From the NCBI GenBank assembly GCA_002633005.1, contig NMRA01000863.1:1-64000 (forward strand): DNA of 64,000 nt. The letters run 5' to 3'. Positions 52,291 through 64,000 of this stretch are shown piece by piece. Under the pieces are notes generated by a model. The model made no database searches, was not told the DNA's origin, and saw only the letters and a list, made by a program, of their open reading frames with translations. The position numbers were made by a program, and so were the translations under genes. Numbering within the stretch: position 1 is the stretch's first letter; every line of letters begins with the position of its first letter. This stretch comes from Phoronis australis. Its lineage: Eukaryota > Animalia > Phoronida.

Positions 52291-52353
52291 CAACTTGTCG
52301 CAATTAACTTGTTGTCAGTCTATAGGAACTAACTGTTGTTGATCATTTATATA
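52291..52353 (-). promoter_or_regulatory. TATA box and non-coding exon 1 of peptide gene 3
   Basis: Minus-strand TATATAAA at 52346-52353. The exon ends TTGCGACAAGTTG|GTAAGT and is homologous to exon 1 of genes 1 and 2. Confidence 0.7.
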
Positions 52354-55300
52354 TTAATTTATTAAACAGCGAATATCCCGCATTGGAGCGAACTGATTGA
52401 GTTTGAACCTTCTCGTATCCTGTGTGGGTAGTGGAAAAAATGCATAACAATTCAAAACGGACGTATCAACAGGGTACTTAACACTGAGTTCCCGTATCGA
52501 AGTCTAAATTTATCGATTTGTAAAACAAAATTTTTATGTAGACGAGGTATTTCTCTCTATAGTTTTCGCTCACACGTTAAACGCGAGAGCGAACGTGCGA
52601 TGTCTCGATGGTTCCCTGCATGCCGCTAGGTGGTCAGCCAGCAGGCTGGCTGGGGAACCAGCGAGCGTGTGCAGGTGTGATGTCAGCATTTTTGTTTACT
52701 ACGCAACATTGTAGATCTACAGACTCTGCCGTCGACCCGGAGAAAGGTGATCGCGCAAGTGCACAACTTGTAGTTCACTGTCGATTTATCGCAAGGTCGT
52801 TAAATTTGTCCAATTCTTAGTGCTATTAAAAATTTAGACTTACTCGCCCGCTTGAATGTTTGAAATGCGATCTTTGACCTGAGGGCTTGATCGTCGTGTT
52901 GCTGGTTTATCGGAGTAGTATACAATGTAGACCGGGATACCAGAGGTTTTTGGGCAGAAAGCCTTCATGTTCTTCTGTCTACATCGATTCAAGGGTTTTA
53001 ACTGAATAGTTTTTTTTTCAGTTTTAACAAGAGCTCCATTTGTGTCTATCTCAGGTGAGAGAAGTTTTCAAAGGTCAAAACCTATCCCCTCTGCGACAAT
53101 TACGAGTATGCGCACGAACAAATATCGAGGGATCTGCGCTTTTGTTTTCGTTATTTGTCACACCGACGTTTTGTATTTTCCTTGGCATTGTTAGTGTACA
53201 TTTTTGTACAACGTTCACTAGCGCAATAATCTATTGGCACCGCCGTCGGTTGCTTCAGATTCTCAATGGGGCTATTCGGAAAATTTACATTAACTAGAGG
53301 GCGCGCGTGTACTAGTGGTGATAGATTAACAGCCTCGATTTCGCGAGCCCTTTAAATACATGGTGAAATGGCTTGTACATTTAGGTGTGTAAACTGAATC
53401 TGAGATTCCGTGAAAAGGGTGCTTCTACGAGAGAAAGTAAGCACGACCTTATACAAAGGTAAGTTTTGTGATTATTTTAACGATTATTCCATGTTTATTC
53501 TACTGATGCCTGTTAACTGAGATACTCGCCGATGTCGACTTCGCGACAGTCGCCAGTCGGGTTGATCATTGTTGTGATGCGTGTTACGATACTTGGCGTA
53601 GCACTCGAGATCTTTTCGTACATCAAAGCCGTATTTATTGTTTGGAATGATTTCAAACAGGTTTATCAGTGACAGTTACATCAATGAATGCTGAATGTTT
53701 AACTCGATATGGGTTAGTGAGATTACAATCCAAGCCCAATGCCATGGCAAAGGGTACGTAAATGTCCATTAGACTATTTGTTTACTATTTGTCTTCCGGA
53801 AATTTATTACACGTTGAAATGAAATTCTAATATGTCTGTTTTCACGTGATCTTTGGTTTTTAGGTTTGAGGTTCTTGTACGGTGCAGAGGAGATATGCAT
53901 CGCTTCTGCAACGAGCCTGAATGGACAAAAATTGGTTTTAAGCAGTTGACTGCGGCTAACCAGCAAGATCTTCCCATCCAGTGTACATGTAGATCTGTTG
54001 TTAAAGCCTACTTTCTTCATCGGAGACAACGAACAAGCTTTGTTACTCCTTTCTCTTCCCACAGCATTTCCACACACCATTAGTGCTGCATGGCGCAATG
54101 TACATGTCAGAGGCCCAGGTGAAAAGTGAATCTCAGTACGAAGTTACCAATAAGACAACATGTTGTTTGTGTATGAAGAACTATATCTACTGCTACAGTC
54201 AGCCTCGTTGGTGAGGATACCCTTTCAAAGGCACTAAGTCATGTGTGGACAATAGCTTACTTCCTTTCCTGGAAGAAACATGCTGGATTGAAGCTAGAGA
54301 AGACGTAGTGACACTCTGGTCTAGTTCAGGGTCAGATTTTGGGCACGAAACGAGTCGTGTGATATGCGGTTGTGTTTACCTTCAAGGATCTAATTGAGGC
54401 TGAATGAGGTTACCTGGAGGAAAGCCACGTGCCGAAACTGGACCTTTTTTACAAGCGCTTATATAGGCTATTGATCTCTGTGAAATGAAAACCAAATGCA
54501 TCTGGTATAAATAAATGAAATGATTAGCGATTACGCTTGCGAATTGTCGTTAGCATTTGATTTTTTTGTGTGTAATTATTTTTATAGCTTTCTTAAGACG
54601 ACCTTTGAACAATTTTAAGTTTTGTGATAACAACATTGTTAAAAACAATTGTAATTTTCCGACGCAATGGAGTCCATAATCAGGCATATCAAGGGCTGAA
54701 TTTCTGAATTAGGTTCAATTCTCTTAGGTTAATGCTGAAGGATTGCTTTTCAATTTGTCCAAAGGTAAAACAGATGGTCAGGCGGCTGGTTTTAGCAGTT
54801 TTCTCTCACCTGTAACAGAATAGTCAGAGAAATATTATCGAATTATAAAAGAAAACGCAAGACAAAACTACTTTAGTAAGGCAGAATATACTTGACGTTT
54901 CATCTTCATGTTTATATGTAGAAACTAAATCTTTGTACCCAAGTCTTATTTAAGATCTGAATTAAACTATGTGAAACAGGCTAAAAGTGATTTAATAATG
55001 TGTATTTTTCACAACACCTAAAATAAGCATCTGACCTCAACAAGTAAAATTCATTCTAGGTGTCAATTTTTATTTCAATGCAATGTTATGACGTTTACTG
55101 AATAGCTTATTTATGTTAATTCAGTAACTAATCTGGTAGTCCTGGGGGTGGAGTCCGCTATGAAATAAGGAAACTCACTCATCTAGAGAATTTTATTGGA
55201 CATAGCATAGCTTTGAAGAGAAACTGCTGTGAAACAGGCACCCCTGACTTCTGAGCGTCACGTACCACACACCTCTTATATGAGGCGCATTCCCACCCTT

Positions 55301-55414
55301 GGAGGACAATATGTGAGTATGTGCTGTTAGCCTACCCGGCATCCGAGTCCTGGGTGAGTTTCCGAAAAGAAACACTTAGTTCCATTCAATAAACCCGTTA
55401 TTCAGTGGGGTAAC

Positions 55415-55645
55415 TGGTGGGGATAACATCACCGAACGATGTCGATAGAAACTTGATTGATAAAAACTCACCAAGTAACCTTATGTAGTCTCCCAAAGGG
55501 GCTTCGGCATCCACACACTTTTTCTCAGTTGGTTGACCCTTTTGACCGCAATGCTCCACGAATGTAGTAACCTTAGGTCTTTTAGTAATTTACGGTGACC
55601 ACCTGTCGAAGACTTGCACCAGGGAAAATAGCAATAATAAGGCTT
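55415..55645 (-). pseudogene. THAP-domain remnant of a decayed DNA transposon
   Basis: YYCYFPWCKSS...RLLHSWSIAVKR...WMPK, and in another frame DVIPT (AVPT-like THAP end). Confidence 0.5.
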
Positions 55646-55697
55646 TGCGCGACGACGTATTTTGATAACAATCCGTCTTTTTACCAGCTGTTTTACC

Positions 55698-58600
55698 AAC
55701 TTCCAAGTATGCATACTGTGGCGGAATTAAGAAATACGATTATGGCAGAGCCACAAAGTGTGCTAAAATGGTAGAAAATTAGGCATAACATTTCTGTAGC
55801 AGATAAAAGGTTGATTGGCGCATGAGAAGGCCGATGTCTTCAATGCTCAGAAAAATTTCGGCAGGCAAGAGACTTGCCAAGAAAACGGCACAGTTGAGTC
55901 CGGGCATTCTAAAGGAAAGAACTGCAGCCAATTCCAATTATTCGGTGCAACTGCTCTCCCCCGACGGTGTTGTTTCACGATACGCAACCTCAAGCAACGT
56001 CTAAGAAACGAAACGCGGAGGGTGAGATATTACAGAGTATTAATATTTATTCTTGGATACAGGTGTCCACCTCAAAATGAATTTCCCACGGTCATTCTTT
56101 ATGCCGATAGCAATGCTTTCGTCAACTGAAGAAGAACAGGAATCATAGAAATCCCGCGCGCTCCGTCTATGGTTCTGACACTTCAAACTTTTGTCAACAC
56201 GATAGGTAGCCGCAGAAACTTCGATGTTGACCTCATTCTATCTAATCTCTGCAATCCACTGTCAGGGGACGAAAACAATTCAAAGTCCGCTCCTCGAAAT
56301 AGGGCTTGCTTAGCTGGAATTCAGAACTGCGGTCATGAGAGTGTTTTCACCTCCTGATTGTGAAGCGATCGAGATAGCAGTGGTATCTTCATCAGCGCGT
56401 GCTCTCAGCGGGAGGTCACCGCTTTATTCACTCAAGCGCTCGACCAACAACTGACGAGAGTCTCAGAACTCCCACATCAAATTTGATATGGAAATGAGGG
56501 AGTACTTGTCTACTGCGCCATCTATACATCGACGGAAAAGCTTAAATAACCGTGACTGCGTGTGGGAAGTTGCGATTGCGTGCGCTGAAGTCGATATTTT
56601 CAAATTACAATTACACCACTGTTTAACGTTGCAAAGTGATTTTTTTTGATATCTTTCTATAGAAAAAGCTTTAATCTCTCTGATAAAATCATCTGTTTCC
56701 TTTTAAACGAAACTGAAGTCCTGAAATTAGTCCGGGGAATGAGGCCAAAAACGGCGGTTTAGCTAGTTGTCCCTTCCTGGTTATCTCTTCCTGATAAAAC
56801 CCATAGGCCTATGCTGATGTCAAAACTTTGATACTGAATCTTTGTCTTTTACCGGGTTGTATCAAGTTAGCTGACATTTAGTGGCGCGTGAGTTAAAAAC
56901 ACTACATTTAGTACTCTAGGCCTATAGGCAGACATTCAGAGTTCATCAGTGAACGGGACGAGACGTCTACTCATAAATCGGCAAAAAATCTGGAATATCA
57001 TTCGGGGATTGAGGAATTATCGATGACTAAACTATTATGTGAAATCTGACAGGGAAGCAAATTGTTTTCATTAACTTTCCTAACCGTACACACCGTTGCA
57101 CACGCACTTCGTCTTCAATCACGGCAATATCCCCACCCCACAGCTGCTTTGACCCTTGTAATGACTCGTCGACATGGGATTAACATTCGCCAGTTGCCAG
57201 GAATCGTAGTAAGAAGGACTTTAAAAATTGGCGGCAATGAAGTGCAGTGAGTATGAAGTTTGAGTCTTAGTATGATTCGAGTCTGAGTACGGAGATTGGA
57301 GACCGGGGCCAGGTAAACCAGAAGCACATGTCTTGGATTATACAAATTTTTAAAATTATAACTTTAATAAGATACTGAGAATTTGTAATATATTTTTTCT
57401 CGTCTTAATAATTGAAAACGGCAGCTAAATATAAAAATCTCTTCTGCATACAAACTATCCCAGAAGCAACAGAGAGGAACTCGTGGGGGCATGCGCATTG
57501 AGATTTGCACATTCGCTATTGGACGTTTTGTTGTATTTAGACGTATGAGCACACGGGATTTCGAACATTCAACGTTTCATCGTTGTAGTTTGTCCTCTTT
57601 GTATTTCAATGACACCGAAGCAGATGTGACAGGAAAGGTCTGATTTAATTTTAGAATCGCATCAACTTCGACAGACAAAGCGATTTGTTATTTTTCACAC
57701 GCATATTTTTCAGTCATTCAATTCAAATTTTCAGGAAACCCTTGCCTGTTTGAAGCAGCTGTTTGTTCAAAACCATTCTATCCGGTATATCGTTTGCCTA
57801 ATTTTGGTCAAATTTCTAGAAACGTGACGTGGGTGAGTTTTTTCATGGCTTCTGCCGTGCGCCAAATAGCACATTTTGGCGAAAGACATTTTAGTCCACA
57901 GGTGCATGTTGATTGTATGGAAACGCTTTTGAGTAACCTCAAAGAGTATAGCTAGTTCAGAATCTTGATAATATATACCAAGTTAAGTAATGCATAAAAT
58001 GCCCTAATGTTTACCTCCTTCATAATATCAAATTAAAAAGCTTTTTGAGACCGATTTTGTACCTCGGCTGAGATCAGAAAATCATTGAATTTTCCCGTCT
58101 ATTTTCGTGACGCGAGTTCACTGTGCATCAGTTGAGGAACGACTCCTCAATGACGGCCATGTCCTTGAAAACGTAATAGTGTCATCGTGAACTTAAAAGC
58201 TGTGTTATATTGTTTGATTGTTTTTGATTCTCATGTTGGTTCTTTTGATACAAACTTAATTATTTAGTTTCTAAATTTTATCTGCTCTTTGCATAACACA
58301 ATTGGTATTTAATATTATCAGATATCTGTGAATACGTCGCATATCTCGGCGCAGACAAAACTACCGCGAGGTGCCCTGACTCATCGTGAGTGTACGTCAA
58401 ATTGCAGCAACAGTACCCCTTCTGGTAATGGATTAGAAGAAAAAATTTCTAGATCGGCAAACGTCTGCACATCGGTGTAATTATTATTCCCTGGTATAAT
58501 CTGAAGTAGAAAATTCCAATAACCTTTCGGGAAATTGGGTCTGTGCAAATGCATATTTCGACCTCTGACTTCAGACCGACGAAGCAGTGCCAAAGATACT

Positions 58601-59209
58601 CTTTGACAGTGCTGATCGAAATCTCAGTTAACTAGTTTAGATCTATGAAAGTTCATCAAATTTAGCTGAGTGAGCCTTTTGGAGGTATTTAGTGTAGACC
58701 TACAGGATGAACTACGGCTGACAAAAAGTCAGCTCCATTACAAGCCCAGACTCAATGCTTTGTAATGCAGTGATTTAATGGCACGCGGGTGAGTGGCCCC
58801 CAGACAGATGATCGTCTTGTCGGTTTATAAACAACTAAAAAATAGGTTCTATGCAATTTTAAAGGTTAATGGCTGTATATTCCCCTGTAGCATAAAGGAA
58901 ATATTTTCAAAACTTTATAAAATGTCTAAATGTCAGTGATTATCTTTTTGACTGAACCGACAACACCTCACAGGCCTTAGCACTCCTTGAGAATTTCAGC
59001 CAAAGCATTAGGAATTTTGTCAGCGAAATGATGGGTCACGGGTTTATACTGCATTATGTTAGCAATATTTTGAAACCTCGTTAGTATTTAAAATTTCGAA
59101 TTATATTCTGAAAATTTCCCAGCTTCCATAAGGCAGCGTGCTTTTGCTTACATATCGCCCATCACCAATATGGCGGATCGTGTGTCACGCGCTGCCTGGT
59201 CGTCTCATT
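55698..59209. repeat. Contiguous 3.5-kb copy of the unit split at 40044-41138 / 43564-46030
   Basis: See the matched features above. Confidence 0.9.
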
Positions 59210-60222
59210 CACAGGCGCTTGGGTTTATCGCAAATGACGTCTTTTATGAGAAAACATAAAGGTTGGACACTCGAAATCTGTTTGCTCAGAATTTTCTACT
59301 CAAATGTGCATGGAACTCCACGAAACTAGCATCGGACAACTCTTAGAATACTTTCTTTCATTCGATCTCTTCAAATTGCCTTCGAGTGGTGATTTGGCGA
59401 CAAAAATGACAAAAGAATGCCAAAATCACAAATTCAAGGACGTGATTCCGTGATGTCGTGGCAGCATAGATATTAGTAAAGAGATTCGCGACTCCGTGAA
59501 GTCTCGCGGCCTAACGCAAAAGAACGTGAGCAGTATTCAAAACTTCCGGTTTCATGGCTAAGCATAGTAACGAAGGTGAACTTTCGTTTTTATTTCACGC
59601 ACGTCAAGCAAATTTTTGAGTTTGAAATTAATTTGTTGTGTTTAATGCAAACTAAATCGCGTATGCGAGCCATTCAAGTCGGATTATTGGTACGAAACGT
59701 GTCGGAATTAACTTCAGTTGACAAGTTGTTGACCGGCCCGCTTGCTAGTTGCTGGCACAGTTCAACACACGAATCGAGGAGTTTGGCCCAATGAAAAGAT
59801 TGAGCTAAATGGATAATTCTTTTCACCAGTTGAATTGTCAGTCATTTACGATGAAATTTAGTTTGAATTTTGTGATTTTGTATGAATTTTGGATCGACCT
59901 AAATGCAGTTTCTCATTCGTCACTATGTTTACTATACATAAACCATGGTTTACCAATATATCCAAAATTCAGCAAGAGCGAAATTTTGCCATTTTTCATG
60001 ATTTTCAGAAGCTCATATATATTAGCATGATGAAAAGTGGTGGAAAATGAAAAGTATGCCATCGAAATATTTAAACTGTCTTCTTTATATTGATATTCGT
60101 TTCAAGAAATGGGGGCATTCATGAATATTTTTAAAAATCGAAGTACTGCAGCACTTGAGAAGGGGATAAATTCTTAGTAGCTAAATGGCCGTTACTGAAC
60201 CGATTTTAATGATATGTATATC

Positions 60223-60382
60223 CAGGGGCAGATCCAGGATTTTGTGTTAGGGGAGGACCAGAGCAGAGTATTAGCCAGGATTTTGTCATTCAGACATTGG
60301 CACTCCCAATCTGCCAAATGAAATCTGGGGGAATTTTAGGGGGGTGTAGCCCTCTTGGCCCCCCCCTCTAAATCCGCTATTG
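60223..60382. mobile_element. Short hAT-like MITE
   Basis: CAGGGGCAGATCCAG...CTAAATCCGCTATTG imperfect TIRs with G/C-run subterminals. Confidence 0.5.
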
Positions 60383-63300
60383 ATGTCAAACTGCTGAAAA
60401 CACCTGCCTTAATTGTACACTTTTATTTGTTTTTTTTTTTTGATAAAAGTATGGGAAAATGTAGTTTTTTTAATTTAATGCCTTTTCAATTTCTAACCTG
60501 GAAAAATCCTGCAAGTGTACTCTTCCAAAAAGAAGGTAAATTCAGTCATTTTCAAGAACCATGCAGACCTTTCCAGGGTTAAAACTGAACTCAAATTTGA
60601 TTGGTCAAATGGATTAAACAGAACCAGTCAAAACTTTCCTAAATTACATAAAGTGACCCAAATTGGTGAAATATTTTCATTATAACAGTACAGAATATTT
60701 TTAAAATTCAATTTAACTTCAGTTTTGGTGATAGATTCAGTGTATTTTCTTCAAAAATAATTTTGCTACATGTTTTCTACCTTGTGGTGCTGTGATCAGT
60801 TTCATTTTTAAAAAATTAATATATTTTGTATTAAAATAATTGTTTATTCAAGGCTGCAGTACATCAAAACCGTTTAGAATACGAGTATGCTCTTTTTGGA
60901 TGGTCACTAACACAACGCATCTCAATTCTTATATTATTTGACAGGAATGAATTTGATTTAAATTTCATTGAAATTTTATTGTCCAATTTAATTTTGTTTA
61001 ATTAAAAATGCACATGATCATTTTTATCATATGGTGCGTAACTTAACTGATTGTGAAAACATTGATCTCACTTGGGGAAAAAAGAATAAGTCGTATAACC
61101 TCAAAGATTTTTAAATAAATGACAAAATACTCTGAAAAAACTAGGTTTCTGGTTTTTGCTATTTTTGAAATCATTTGTCACACCAATTTCATTTTTAGAA
61201 TTGTTTTGAAATATTTTGGAACAAAAGAAATATTTTCACCGAACCATGGTAATTCTTGAAGTGTTTTGTCGTTTTAAAAGTGGTTTGGAGACGATATGTT
61301 GTTAACCTACATGTAAAGGACTCTATCTTGTTTTAGCAACACAGTAAGCTATGGATTCCCAAATATAGTTGTCTAAACTTGATATTTTTATGGCCTGAAA
61401 TTTTTGGGTGCTATTTGCTGAAAAAAGGGCTATTTTTGAGGCTGCAAAAATTAAAAAACTCGAAAATATATTTCAAAAATATATGTAAATGGCTAAAGCT
61501 ACCATTTTAGACTATTGAAGTGTTTCTGATGAAATTTGTATTTTGCTTTGCTCTGACAGCTCTATTTTGTAAAACATAGTATGCAAAGGGAGTTTTTGTA
61601 TTCGTTCTTAGAAATGTATGCAACACTTCATGTAATGTTGTTCTGTTTTTTTTCCTGTTGGTTATTGTAAAAATCCCATTGCATATTCGTGTTGTCATTT
61701 TTCACTTACCGGTACCAATTGTAAAGTAATGCAGGGGAATCCCAGACCCCTGTTTCTTACTCATTGGAACTGGGAAAATAAAAAAAAATGAAAAATGTCT
61801 ATTTTGTGTGTTCTGTTCTATCTGATAACCATTAAAAATAAGGCTGACAGAACACCTTTCATAACCCGAGTCATTACCTCTCATGTTCTCTATTTCAAAT
61901 TTTGTGGTATTTTGTTTCAGTTGGTGGTTTCATTTCATGTTATAACTTTTTTCTTCTGCAGGCAAAAATATAACACTTAAAACTGAATTCCCTTCACTGT
62001 GTATAGAGTGCAAAAACTTAATTTATAAAAAATAATACTATACAAGTTTCCTTTCGAACATTGAATATCTGTTGGGGTCACAAAACCCTGAAGAAAATTA
62101 CAGTGCCAATTGGTCCATCCAAATTTTGACGTTTTCAATGCAATCGCTGGTTATCTCCACTACTCAATAGTGGCATTGATTCTGTTGTGGCAATTAAGCA
62201 TTCACGCTCAATGCGATACCGAAAATTAGCTCAGTTTTTTTGTTAAAAAGCCATAGAAGAGTCCTGGGGGAAAAGTTCACTTTCACAAAATCACGTTCCA
62301 GATACAACTCTTCGTTCCATATTACTTTATAGTTATGCTATGTATTTGTAACATTTAGAGGATTTCAGAAGCTGAAAGAGAGGAATAGACATTAGGTCTT
62401 AATGAGCATTCCCACCTTCATAATCATAAGTATCACTTGCCAAGAAACTGTGGAGATTATGTCAGCTCAGTCGACATGGAGAGCATGATGTGCTGCTATT
62501 GAAAATATTGAGAGTCCTTTTTGATTACATTCACGAAGCCCATTTTGAATGAGCAACAAACAGGGTCATGCTGCACTTGTTAGCGCGACATTCTTGTTAC
62601 CCCCTCCATTTGTCAGTCTTTGCAGTATTTCACACCTGATGTGTACCATTGCATATTTGATTAGCTTTTACTTTGTGGTGATATTACTGAGTCATTTTAT
62701 TTCCACTTGATGAAACAAGTATTTTCGAATTATCGTTTGTCGTCTCTTGGTCAGTTTCTTTACCAATGTTCTGACGATACGAACGGAATGGAATGAAGAT
62801 TGTTAACAGCAACAAGTGTCATGTATCGAACCAATTTTGCATAATCGTAGCTATGTTTAGAAGTTGCCTTACAATGTACTTTTGGCCTATGATAGTAGTG
62901 ACAGCAAGTTTTTGCCACACAAGTTTTTGACACTCAAGTTTTGCAAATGATATGTCAATGTCAGTTAGCCTTTGGCCTTCCCCCTGGAACAAACTGTGAG
63001 TGAATTACAAATATTTATTGTGTAACATTGTTACAAATTCATTTTTGTTGGTTAATACTTGTGCTTATGATTATGAGCTGATTTGTACGGTACTCAATTT
63101 AAACAAACATCAAAACTAATTGCAACAAAAAATCAGCTGATGTGACTGTGTAAGTGTAAATGATAAACACGGGAAAATCGGCTGAAGACGTTTTTGGCGT
63201 TAATAACTCATAACATGTCTGAATTATTATGTGAATGTTTTAAATGACATGACAGAGAACAGTATACGCATTTTATTTTTACAAGTCTTAAACACTCCAA

Positions 63301-64000
63301 AAAATCAAGCAATTCGACTCATTACTTTACCAACTCTTGAAACGAGGGAACGACCGCTCCATAAAACCGGAAGTTTTCTATCCTGCGTGTGCAGCGCCCT
63401 CTCATCGTTAGTGCTTGATGTCCCGTGGCCCGCGACATGCGCAACGCGATCTAACGGGAGTTGGGCAGTCCCTATCTATAGTCTATGGTGGCAGACGGTC
63501 TTCGCACATCCGGGTTTTTGAAGGACGCTCGCGAGCTAAATCCGAAAGTCTAATTTCGCGCGGCTTTCATCATCAATCCCTCGACTACTTGATCATGAGA
63601 AGCAGAGAGCACTTTATTGCCAAATAAATGTAATTACTCACATATTTGTGTCAAATATAAATTATCTTGATACTGTATTGATATGCGAAGTTTTTGTGTA
63701 TTGTGATTTCTTATGAAGGTTTTACTTTTGGCCAAAACCATTGAGTTAACTCGTCGGCCACGCGCATTGTAATACTTGCACGGACTGCGTTTCCAGTGGC
63801 CGAGTGTGTGTTGTGCTTCAATCAAAGAAGTGCGCGATGTCAAGATGAGAAACAAGATACGCCAGTTTATGTAATGAAATTCTAAGTTAAGGGCTAAAAT
63901 GAGCCCTCAGTGGAATAAAGTTACAAATAATCATTAAAATACTAACTTTAACATTCTCAATTAGTTGACCTGTGGATTAGAATTATTGAATTTGAAATAT

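Noticed and set aside
60400-64000. Genes in the AT-rich right end
   Set aside because: Only short low-complexity ORFs. It looks like non-coding transposon interior, but I could not define termini.

Overview
AT-rich eukaryotic DNA of metazoan, probably marine-invertebrate type, with spliceosomal introns and many decayed transposons. There are no prokaryotic genes, rRNA or CRISPR arrays, and most ORFs in the supplied track are spurious. The main content, which the ORF track misses because it is spliced, is a minus-strand cluster of three paralogous 3-exon genes for small secreted peptide precursors (62, 62 and 69 aa). Each has a TATA box, a ~30-nt non-coding exon 1, a signal-peptide exon (MKPVYIIALVIV.../MKTVYIIALLIV...), a phase-2 intron, a last exon with dibasic sites and a related C-terminal (D/G)LRxxVP segment, and an AATAAA. 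I do not recognise the family. Genes 1 and 2 lie in a ~9.7-kb segmental duplication (12846-22617 / 29492-39177). A second ~3.5-kb duplication has one copy split by an apparent inversion. Mobile DNA includes a Sola3-like relic, Kolobok-like TTAA elements with a THAP remnant, hairpin-ended Crypton-like elements carrying a tRNA-like cassette (with in-window empty sites), DIRS/Ngaro tyrosine-recombinase remnants, an L1/Tx1 LINE fragment and several MITEs/foldbacks. All alignments were done by eye.
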